This document shows, in pieces, positions 28,189 to 35,555 of a stretch of 64,000 bases of DNA. Every line of letters starts with the position of its first letter. Position 1 is the stretch's first letter. Source of the stretch: Candidatus Competibacteraceae bacterium. Lineage in GTDB: Bacteria; Pseudomonadota; Gammaproteobacteria; Competibacterales; Competibacteraceae. The stretch spans positions 563,950 through 627,949 of the forward strand of contig CP065007.1 of assembly GCA_016699715.1 (NCBI GenBank), read 5' to 3'. The notes below the pieces were generated by a model that ran no database searches, was not told the DNA's origin, and worked only from the letters and a program-made list of their open reading frames with translations. The translations under genes were made by a program, and so were the position numbers.

Positions 28189-28863
28189 CTAGATGGACAT
28201 GCTGTCGTAAACCCGCTGCAAGCTGGCGACGTTCTGGCTGGATTGCTGACGGGTTTCCTTCAGTTCCACCAGATTGGACTCCAACTGCCGGGTATATTGA
28301 TCCTGTGGTCCCCGCTGCTGCCGGGATTCCTGATGGACCTGCTCGGCGTCGGCCAGTTGTTTTTCGGTCAGCGAGTTGAGTTGTTTGGCCTTGGCCAGTT
28401 GCTTTTCCACGGCGCTTTTCTGCCGGACGAGGGCGTCCCGCGAGGCTTTGCCCGCCCGATATTGCCGCGCCAGCCGCTGTGATTCGCGGTCCAGTTGAGC
28501 GATTTCCTGGTAGAGCTGGCGGTTCTGGGCGTCGGCCTCTTGAATGAACTCCTGGTTACGGTGGATTTCCGCGACCAGGAAGTCTTCCTCATTGGCGTAC
28601 TGAGCCTTGCGTTCGGCGATGGAACTGCCGATGCCGGCACCGATCAAACCACCGGCCGCGGCCCCGATCAGCGCGCCCCGGCCCCGGTTGTCGCTGACGG
28701 CGGCGCCGAGCAGGCCGCCCACGATGGCCCCAAACACCGCGCCCTGGGCGACGGTCGCCTGCTGGTCGTTCGTGGTGCCGTCGGGGTTGGCGGCACACCC
28801 GGATAAGGCCGCGCCGATCGCAACGGCGGCGAACCATTTCGTGCCTGAATGGTGAACATGCAT
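28189..28863 (-). CDS. Glycine-zipper plus coiled-coil lipoprotein (224 aa)
   Basis: Track ORF 28189..28968, start moved to Met36 (MHVHHSGTKWFAAVAIGAALSGCA; lipobox LSGC). Glycine-zipper stretch GAVFGAIVGGLLGAAV...GALIGAAAGGLIGAGIGS followed by a long coiled-coil-like tail. Confidence 0.7.
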   Translation of the reverse strand: MHVHHSGTKWFAAVAIGAALSGCAANPDGTTNDQQATVAQGAVFGAIVGGLLGAAVSDNRGRGALIGAAAGGLIGAGIGSSIAERKAQYANEEDFLVAEIHRNQEFIQEADAQNRQLYQEIAQLDRESQRLARQYRAGKASRDALVRQKSAVEKQLAKAKQLNSLTEKQLADAEQVHQESRQQRGPQDQYTRQLESNLVELKETRQQSSQNVASLQRVYDSMSI

Positions 28864-28957
28864 AACTGTCTCCCGGCCGTGGTAACGGTTGGTTTTATAT
28901 CCTTTGACAATTCTGAGAGCGGCCGGGTGCGAAATCAACGCATCGCCGGCCGGCCGG

Positions 28958-28986
28958 AGAAAAATCACCGGTCGCGCCGCGACCGG
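28958..28986 (-). terminator. Candidate rho-independent terminator (minus strand) between the TerD-like gene and the lipoprotein operon
   Basis: 8-bp perfect stem CCGGTCGC / GCGACCGG (28968..28975, 28979..28986) with a 3-nt loop. On the minus strand it is followed by TGATTTTTCT. Confidence 0.4.
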
Positions 28987-29145
28987 TTTGCCCGGTCCGG
29001 AATGAGCGACCGGTAGCTTGTTAAGGTACCATTCAGCCGGTAGTGCGCAAATCTGCCAACGGCTCCCACTCTCCGAAAACCACGCCTCGAACGACCATGA
29101 TATGAACTTGGTGCATGCGCTGCGTCGGCTGGCCAGACCTTGGAG

Positions 29146-30093
29146 TCAGTATCCGCGATTATTCCAGCTTGTTTGTGGCGAATGTGGCCTGTTCAAGGCG
29201 GGTTCCGAGCCGCTACTTGAGTTTGGGTTCGGATCTGGCGTGGTGGCCGGTTGCTGGACCATGGTTGGCGTGGTGGCCGGCTGTATCATCACCACTGATG
29301 GATGGGGCGCGCACTGGGTAACCAGTGTGGTAATGGCGGTGGTCAGTGAGCCAAAGGCGATGGCCAGCGTGGCGTAGGTCTTGAGTTTTTCGTGTCTGTC
29401 GTGAGGTGGCGCGGGTGCGAGTGGTCCGACCGGGACTGGAGATGACAACGGCACTGAATCCGGTGTGGGGGTCGGTGTAGTCCCCGCCGTGGCTGCCGGG
29501 GTGGGTTTTGGCACCGGCGCGGGCACTGGCGCCGGACGTCTGGTGACAGGCTCGCGCGAATGCTGGGCCGATGTGGCTTCATCGCGGTTTTCCTCGTCCA
29601 TCACGTCGACGCCGAAGGTGCGGGCCAGCACGGCCAAATCATGTTTGAGGCCATCGCCTTTGGCTCGAATTTTCCACAAGTCGCCATAGCGGTAGAGTTC
29701 GGCGATCAGCAGTGAACGACCGCTGACAGGTTCGGCCAGCCGGAATCGAGCGTCGCTGCCCGCCGCCGCCGTCGCTTCGAGCGTGAAATTGTCGACCGAC
29801 TCGAAATGACCGTCATTCAGAGTGGCGGTAAAAACACATTTCCTGATTTCGACGGGCAGGTTATTCAGATTGACCAAAAACAAGGCGTGCTGGGAATCGA
29901 AGCGGATAGCACCATTGGGACTGCTGGGTTGGTTGTAAAACAAAAACCATGGGTCGCTTGGCACTTGTTCGCGGGCGTCAAGCGCAAAACAGGCGAAGTC
30001 AATCTCGCTCGGAGCGGTACGCCAGCTTAGGTGGATTCGGATCTTGCCGGAAGTGGCTAGTGGTGCGTTGGCACCCTTGATCAGTTCTTTCAT
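29146..30093 (-). CDS. TerD-like domain protein with Pro/Thr-rich linker and C-terminal TM anchor
   Basis: Track ORF 29146..30180, start moved to Met30 (MKELIKGANAPL, cat at 30091..30093). EIDFACFALDAREQV...WFLFYNQ...VEIRKCVFTATL...LLIAELYRYGDLWKIRAKGDG follows the TerD beta-sandwich pattern. Then PAPVPAPVPKPTPAATAGTTPTPTP and a hydrophobic segment YATLAIAFGSLTTAITTLV. Confidence 0.65.
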   Translation of the reverse strand: MKELIKGANAPLATSGKIRIHLSWRTAPSEIDFACFALDAREQVPSDPWFLFYNQPSSPNGAIRFDSQHALFLVNLNNLPVEIRKCVFTATLNDGHFESVDNFTLEATAAAGSDARFRLAEPVSGRSLLIAELYRYGDLWKIRAKGDGLKHDLAVLARTFGVDVMDEENRDEATSAQHSREPVTRRPAPVPAPVPKPTPAATAGTTPTPTPDSVPLSSPVPVGPLAPAPPHDRHEKLKTYATLAIAFGSLTTAITTLVTQCAPHPSVVMIQPATTPTMVQQPATTPDPNPNSSSGSEPALNRPHSPQTSWNNRGY

Positions 30094-30140
30094 GCCAGTA
30101 CGCGAAAATCCATACTTGATATGGTCAGGATTATACAACC

Positions 30141-30488
30141 ATGACAGCCAGGAGCGTGTGGGCTGGGGTTGATCTGGCAAGTCTTTCCGTTGATCAAGCC
30201 ATGGACTACGCCGCCTGGTTGTCCGCGCAAACGGGTCAAGCCTATCGCCTGCCGGCCGAACTGGAATGGGAGTATGCCGCCCGCGCCGGCGTGATGGCTT
30301 CCGCGCCGGATTCGGATGGGCAGGTCCGGGAGTGGACCTGTTCCGAATACCGGCGGGAGTACGAGGGTCAGGAACAGCGCTGCGCCAGTCGCTTGCCGGA
30401 AGCGGTGGCGATTCGCGACGGCCACTGGCGGGCGGGCGCCGATCCGCTCAGCGACGATCTGGAGTTTCGGTTGGTGCGGGAGCCCTAG
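30141..30488 (+). pseudogene. Fragment of an FGE-sulfatase (SUMF1-like) domain protein (115 aa; likely remnant)
   Basis: DQAMDYAAWLSAQTGQAYRLPAELEWEYAARAG matches the central signature of FGE/SUMF1-type domains. Full domains are roughly twice this length, and the N-terminal part is missing because the TerD-like gene occupies the upstream DNA on the other strand. Confidence 0.5.
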
Positions 30489-30509
30489 CCGGAACGAGTC
30501 GGGCGGCGC

Positions 30510-31124
30510 TCACTCCTGTTGAACGGTCACCAGACCTTTGGGCTGGCTGGCGAAATAGCTGGCGAGATCGGTGATGTCCCGCGGCGACAGTGGCTTGGCC
30601 ATGCCGCCCATGATCGCGTTCTTGCGGGCGCCGCTCTGATAATCTTCCAACGCCTTGCGCAGATAATCTTCGTGCTGGCCGGCCAGTCGAGGATAAATCG
30701 GGATATTGCCGTTGCCATCCGCGCCGTGGCAGGCCACGCAGGTCGCGCTTTTGGTCTTGCCGGCGGCGGTGTCGCCTCGAACCGGGTAGGGTGCGGCGGC
30801 GGCGGGGAAGCTGGACAGATAGGCGGCGATGTCCTGCATGTCCTGCTCGTTGAGCGAAAAGGCGTTGGCATGCATGGTGGGATGCTTGCGCTCGCCGGCC
30901 TGGTAGGCTTTGAGCGCGACGATGATGTAGTCGGCATGCTGACCACCCAGCCGGGGGACGTGATAGGTGGGGTAGACGTTGGTATAGCCGGGGATGGCAT
31001 GACAGCCGGCGCAAGTCGAAAACTTGGATTTGCCGGCGGCGGGATCGCCGGCGGCCTGCGCGGCGCTGGCCAAGACACCGCTGATCCCCAGGACCAACAA
31101 TTGCCATAGTACGGATCGGATCAT
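30510..31124 (-). CDS. Dihaem cytochrome c4
   Basis: 204-aa ORF. Signal peptide, two CxxCH sites (CAGCH, CVACH), and a duplicated PRLAGQH.DY...AL..Y module. Confidence 0.9.
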   Translation of the reverse strand: MIRSVLWQLLVLGISGVLASAAQAAGDPAAGKSKFSTCAGCHAIPGYTNVYPTYHVPRLGGQHADYIIVALKAYQAGERKHPTMHANAFSLNEQDMQDIAAYLSSFPAAAAPYPVRGDTAAGKTKSATCVACHGADGNGNIPIYPRLAGQHEDYLRKALEDYQSGARKNAIMGGMAKPLSPRDITDLASYFASQPKGLVTVQQE

Positions 31125-31582
31125 ATCGTCCTCTGCAGTGGATTTTGGATTGGAGTTATTTGAAATGCGATAGCGCTGTTCCGTGTACCCAGCCAGGAGC
31201 TTTGTTGCGTTGCATGATCCCGCAAAATCCCTGAAAAATCAAGCGCTAAAAAGAAAACTGGATTTCGGTATCGTCAGGTAATTCACGCACGATTTCTAAC
31301 GATAGCCGTCTCTCTCTCAGGTATCAATCGTCGAGGCCAATTTCTTTCGCCTTTCTCGGCAAGGTGGTACGGCTCACGCCGAGCAGGGCGACAGCCCAAC
31401 CGCGCTTGCCGTGGGTCTTTGTTCCCTTCGAGGAAAAGAGGAGTGACTCATGACACTGGGGTAGCGGTGCGGGAATCGACGACTACCGTCTTACAAAACC
31501 GGTTACCGGCCCTGATCCAATGGAACAAATAGCCAGTGTTTTTATCGGCTATTTTTTATTTACAGGCAAATCTTTACAGGAC

Positions 31583-31603
31583 AAATGAGAATAACTATCA
31601 TTT
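31583..31603. promoter_or_regulatory. Fur-box-like dyad upstream of the Fe(3+) ABC transporter operon
   Basis: cAAATGAGAATAACTATCATTTg: a 7-bp inverted repeat CAAATGA/TCATTTG separated by 9 nt. 13 of 16 positions match AATGATAATCATTATC of the Fur consensus by eye. Lies about 60 nt upstream of the ATG at 31661. Confidence 0.4.
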
Positions 31604-31660
31604 GAAAACAACCGCATTCAAATGATTTTCTCAATATTTCTCGAAACCCCGGAGAGGTTC

Positions 31661-32695
31661 ATGCCCAAGCTATCAAAACCCCGCGTTTTATTCCCCGTGC
31701 TCTGTCTGTTGTCCGGCCTGCTGGCGTCGCCGCTGCTGGCGGCCGGGGAGGTCAACATCTATTCGGCGCGCAAGGAAGACCTGATCAAGCCGTTGCTGGA
31801 GGATTTCAGCAAACAGACCGGCATCACCGTCAACCTGGTGACCGGCAAGGAAGAGGCGCTGTTGCAGCGCCTGCAAAGCGAAGGCGTCAATACCCCGGCG
31901 GATGTGTTGCTGACCTCGGATGCCGGCCGTTTGGCCGCCGCCCGTCAGGCGGGCGTGCTGCAAGCGGTGCAATCCGAAGCGCTGGTGAAACACCTCCCGG
32001 CCGCCTACCGCGATCCCGAGGGCTACTGGTACGGATTGTCGGTTCGCGCCCGACCGATCATTTACGCCAAGGACCGGGTCAAGCCGGCGGAACTCTCCAC
32101 TTATGAGGATCTGGCCGCGCCGCAATGGCGGGACAAGGTGTGCGTGCGCTCTTCCGACAGCATTTACAATCAATCGCTGGTGGCGGGGATGATCGCCCAT
32201 CACGGCGACGCCAAAACCCAAGCCTGGGCCAAGGGGCTGGTCGCCAACTTCGCCCGCCCACCCAAGGGTGGCGACCGTGATCAGATCAAGGCCGTGGCCG
32301 CTGGCGAGTGCGATGTGACCCTGGCCAATACCTATTACCTGGGCGGCATGGTGAACTCGCAAGACCCGACGGAACAGGCGGCGGCGGCCAAGGTGGCGGT
32401 GTTCTGGCCCGATGCCAAGACCACCGGCGTGCATGTCAACATCAGCGGCGCCGGTGTGACCGCTCATGCCAAAAACCGCGATAACGCGGTCAAATTGCTG
32501 GAGTTTCTGGCCAGTGACCCGGCACAGCGCTGGTATGCCGACGTGAACAACGAATATCCGGTCAATCCGGCCATTCCGCCCAGCGCCACCCTCCAATCCT
32601 GGGGCGAGTTCAAGGCCGATACCCTCAACGTGGCCAAGCTGGGCGAACTGAACGCCGCCGCCGTTCGCCTGATGGACCGGGCTGGGTGGAAGTAG
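31661..32695 (+). CDS. Fe(3+) ABC transporter periplasmic substrate-binding protein (FbpA/AfuA-like)
   Basis: Track ORF 31622..32695, start moved to Met14 (MPKLSKPRVLFPVLCLLSGLLASPLLAAGEVNIYSARKEDLIKPLL). YWYGLSVRARPIIY and NTYYLG segments are typical of the family. Confidence 0.88.
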   Translation: MPKLSKPRVLFPVLCLLSGLLASPLLAAGEVNIYSARKEDLIKPLLEDFSKQTGITVNLVTGKEEALLQRLQSEGVNTPADVLLTSDAGRLAAARQAGVLQAVQSEALVKHLPAAYRDPEGYWYGLSVRARPIIYAKDRVKPAELSTYEDLAAPQWRDKVCVRSSDSIYNQSLVAGMIAHHGDAKTQAWAKGLVANFARPPKGGDRDQIKAVAAGECDVTLANTYYLGGMVNSQDPTEQAAAAKVAVFWPDAKTTGVHVNISGAGVTAHAKNRDNAVKLLEFLASDPAQRWYADVNNEYPVNPAIPPSATLQSWGEFKADTLNVAKLGELNAAAVRLMDRAGWK

Positions 32696-34392
32696 AGCCG
32701 TCCCGGACCTCTCCCCACCCCGACGCTCCCCCGCGAGAGGGGAAGGGGCTCGGGGCGCTGGCCGCGCGGGCCGACCGCTGGACGCTGCTGGTGGTCGGAA
32801 CCGCTTTATTGCTGGCGCTGCCGGTGCTGACCGTGTTCGTCACCGCGTTGCAACCGGCGGGCGCGGTGTGGCGGCATCTGGTCGATACCGTGCTGGCGGA
32901 CTATGTCACGGATTCCGTGTTGCTGATGCTCGGGGTCGGCGCCGGCACCTTGCTGGTCGGGGTGCCAGCCGCGTGGTTGGCCGGCGTGTGCGAATTCCCG
33001 GGCCGGCGGCTATTCGAGTGGGCGCTGCTGCTGCCGATGGCGATTCCCGCCTATATCATCGCTTACACCTATACCGGCCTGCTGGATTTTGCCGGCCCGC
33101 TGCAAACCGTTCTGCGCGAGACCTTCGGCTGGACCCGGCACGATTACTGGTTTCCGCAAATCCGCTCGCTGCCGGGGGCGGTCGCGATGCTGACGCTGGT
33201 GCTGTACCCCTATGTTTATCTGCTGGCGCGGGCGGCATTTCTCGAACAGTCGGCGGCGGTGCTGGAGGTTAGCCGCAGCCTGGGCGCCGGTCCGTGGCGG
33301 CGTTTCTTCCGCGTCGCGTTGCCCCTGGCGCGGCCCTCGCTGATTGCCGGGGTGTCGCTGGTGCAGATGGAGGCGCTGGCCGATTACGGCACGGTGCAGT
33401 ACTTCGGAGTCAGCACCTTCACCACCGGCATTTTCCGGGTCTGGTTCGGGATGAACGATGCCACCGCCGCCGCGCAACTGGCCACGCTGCTGCTGCTGTT
33501 TGTCTTTGCCCTGCTGGTGATGGAGCGGCTGTCGCGGCGGCAGGCGCGGTTTCATCCGACCAGTGCCCGCCAGCACCGGTCGCCGCGTCTGCCGTTGCGG
33601 GGCAAACTCGGCGGGCTGGCGGTGCTGGCCTGCCTGATTCCGCTGCTGTTGGGTTTTGTGATCCCCGCCAGCGTCTTGGCGGTTTGGGCGGCGCGAACCG
33701 CGCCCCAGATGTTGGATGCACGCTTCCTGCAACTGGCGGCGCACAGCCTGCTGCTGGCGGCGGGAGCAGCCGGGCTGGCCTTGTTACTGGCGCTGCTGCT
33801 GGGTTACGGACAACGCTTGCGGCCGCGACCGCTGGTGCGGTTGGCGGTGCGCGGCGCGGGCCTGGGTTACGCGGTGCCGGGCACGGTGATCGCCATCGGG
33901 GTGATGCTGCCGTTCGCCGCCATCGACCGGAGCGTGGACGGCTGGGCGCGGGAATGGTTCGGCGTGTCCACCGGGCTGCTGCTGAGCGGGACGTTGGCCG
34001 CGCTGCTGTTTGCCTACTGCGCGCGCTTTCTGCCGGTGGCGCTGCACAGCGTGGAGGCGGGTTTGACCCGCATCCGGCCGAGCATGGACGATGCCGCCCG
34101 CGCCCTGGGGGCGACGCCGCGCGCGGTGCTGTGGCGGGTGCATGTGCCGATTCTGCGCGGCAGTTTGCTGACCGCGCTGTTGCTGGTGTTCGTGGACGTG
34201 CTGAAGGAACTGCCGGCGACGCTGATTTTGCGGCCATTCAATTTCAATACGCTGGCGGTGCGGGCCTACGAACTGGCTTCGGACGAGCGGCTGGCGGATT
34301 CGGCCGGTTTCGCCCTGGCCATCGTGCTGGCCGGTGTCGGGCCGGTCATCCTGCTTAGCCGCGCCATCGGCCGCGCGAGGCCCGGACAATGA
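32686..34392 (+). CDS. Fe(3+) ABC transporter permease (fused double-permease, FbpB-like); start uncertain
   Basis: 568-aa ORF (GTG overlapping the upstream stop). Two tandem ABC permease modules (...ARPSLIAGVSLVQMEALADYGTVQYFG... and ...LKELPATLILRPFNFNTLAV...). The first ~25 codons run through a REP-like G/C-rich sequence, so the true start may be further downstream. Confidence 0.85.
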   Translation: MEVEPSRTSPHPDAPPREGKGLGALAARADRWTLLVVGTALLLALPVLTVFVTALQPAGAVWRHLVDTVLADYVTDSVLLMLGVGAGTLLVGVPAAWLAGVCEFPGRRLFEWALLLPMAIPAYIIAYTYTGLLDFAGPLQTVLRETFGWTRHDYWFPQIRSLPGAVAMLTLVLYPYVYLLARAAFLEQSAAVLEVSRSLGAGPWRRFFRVALPLARPSLIAGVSLVQMEALADYGTVQYFGVSTFTTGIFRVWFGMNDATAAAQLATLLLLFVFALLVMERLSRRQARFHPTSARQHRSPRLPLRGKLGGLAVLACLIPLLLGFVIPASVLAVWAARTAPQMLDARFLQLAAHSLLLAAGAAGLALLLALLLGYGQRLRPRPLVRLAVRGAGLGYAVPGTVIAIGVMLPFAAIDRSVDGWAREWFGVSTGLLLSGTLAALLFAYCARFLPVALHSVEAGLTRIRPSMDDAARALGATPRAVLWRVHVPILRGSLLTALLLVFVDVLKELPATLILRPFNFNTLAVRAYELASDERLADSAGFALAIVLAGVGPVILLSRAIGRARPGQ

Positions 34393-35459
34393 CAATGACG
34401 CCTTTTCTCGAACTGATCGCTCTCGATGTTGCCTATCCACCGCGCAAAGTGATCCGGGATCTGAGCTTGCGGATGCACTGCGCCGGTATCGGTTGCCTGC
34501 TGGGTCCCAGCGGTTGCGGCAAAACCACTTTGCTGCGGGCCATCGCCGGTTTCGAGCCATTACGGCGCGGTTCCATCCGACTGGAGGGGGTCGAACTCAG
34601 TCGGCCCGACTGGACGCTGCCGCCGGAGCGGCGACGGATCGGCCTGATGTTTCAGGATCTGGCGCTGTTTCCGCATCTGAGCGTCACGGACAACATCGCC
34701 TTTGGTCTGTGCGACTGGAAGGCGGCCGAACGGCGGGCGCGGGTGACCGAGTTGTTGCGGTTGATCGGGCTGGAGGAGTATGCCGGGCGTTACCCGCACC
34801 AGCTTTCCGGCGGCCAGCAGCAGCGGGTGGCGCTGGCCCGGGCGCTGGCGCCCCGACCGCGACTACTGTTACTGGACGAGCCATTCTCCAATCTGGACGT
34901 GACCTTGCGCGAGGGGCTGGCGCGCGAGGTGCGGACCATCCTGCTGCGGGAGGGTACCAGCGGTCTGCTGGTCAGCCACGATCAGTTCGAGGCATTCGCC
35001 TTCGCCGACGAGATCGGCGTGCTGCATCAGGGCCAGCTGTTGCAGTGGGATAGCGCCTACAACCTTTACCACCGACCGGCCGACCGTTTCGTCGCCGATT
35101 TCATCGGGCAGGGTGTGTTCTTACCCGGCCGGCTGGGCGGTGAGGGGCGGGTGAGTACGGAACTGGGCGAGATTGGGGGGATGTCGTCGGATGGCCACTG
35201 CGTGGCGGGCGAGCAGGTGGAGGTGCTGGTTCGGCCGGACGATGTGGTGCATGACGACGACAGCCCACTGTTGGCGGAGGTGGTGGACCGGGCGTTTCGA
35301 GGAGCGGAGTTTCTATACACCCTAAGGCTGTCCAGTGGCGCGCGGCTGCTGTGTCTGGCGCCCAGCCATCACAATCACGCGCTGGGGCAGCGCATCGGCA
35401 TCCGGCTGGACATCGATCATCTGGTGATGTTTCGGCGGGGGAATGGCGCGAGTGGATGA
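34389..35459 (+). CDS. ABC transporter ATP-binding protein (FbpC-like)
   Basis: 356-aa ORF with ATGA overlap to the permease. Walker A GPSGCGKTT, signature LSGGQQQRVALARAL, Walker B LLLLDEPFS, and a C-terminal TOBE-like region. Confidence 0.9.
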   Translation: MTMTPFLELIALDVAYPPRKVIRDLSLRMHCAGIGCLLGPSGCGKTTLLRAIAGFEPLRRGSIRLEGVELSRPDWTLPPERRRIGLMFQDLALFPHLSVTDNIAFGLCDWKAAERRARVTELLRLIGLEEYAGRYPHQLSGGQQQRVALARALAPRPRLLLLDEPFSNLDVTLREGLAREVRTILLREGTSGLLVSHDQFEAFAFADEIGVLHQGQLLQWDSAYNLYHRPADRFVADFIGQGVFLPGRLGGEGRVSTELGEIGGMSSDGHCVAGEQVEVLVRPDDVVHDDDSPLLAEVVDRAFRGAEFLYTLRLSSGARLLCLAPSHHNHALGQRIGIRLDIDHLVMFRRGNGASG

Positions 35460-35482
35460 TACGGGTGTCCGCTGGGTCCGAG

Positions 35483-35513
35483 TGCTGGCAAAATAAGCTC
35501 TTGATTGCCAGCA
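35483..35513 (+). terminator. Stem-loop after the iron-transport operon (possible terminator; no T-tract)
   Basis: Perfect 9-bp stem TGCTGGCAA / TTGCCAGCA (35483..35491, 35505..35513) with a 13-nt loop. Not followed by a U-run, so the function is uncertain. Confidence 0.3.
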
Positions 35514-35555
35514 TCCATGAAAACCCAGTGATGGATCAACCCGGAAGATAGAGTC

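Noticed and set aside
31324-31420. Minus-strand remnant encoding ...HGKRGWAVALLGVSRTTLPRKAKEIGLDD* (Fis-type HTH C-terminus such as ends sigma54 activators)
   Set aside because: Only about 30-45 codons, with no start codon in frame. It is too short to call as a gene and is probably a decayed fragment. Mentioned only as a sign of rearrangement in this intergenic region.
32696-32765. REP-like G/C-rich sequence (cctctccccaccccgacgctcccccgcgagaggggaagggg) at the 5' end of the permease ORF
   Set aside because: It could mean the permease start is mis-set. No second copy was found in the window and the hairpin is imperfect, so it was not called as a repeat feature.
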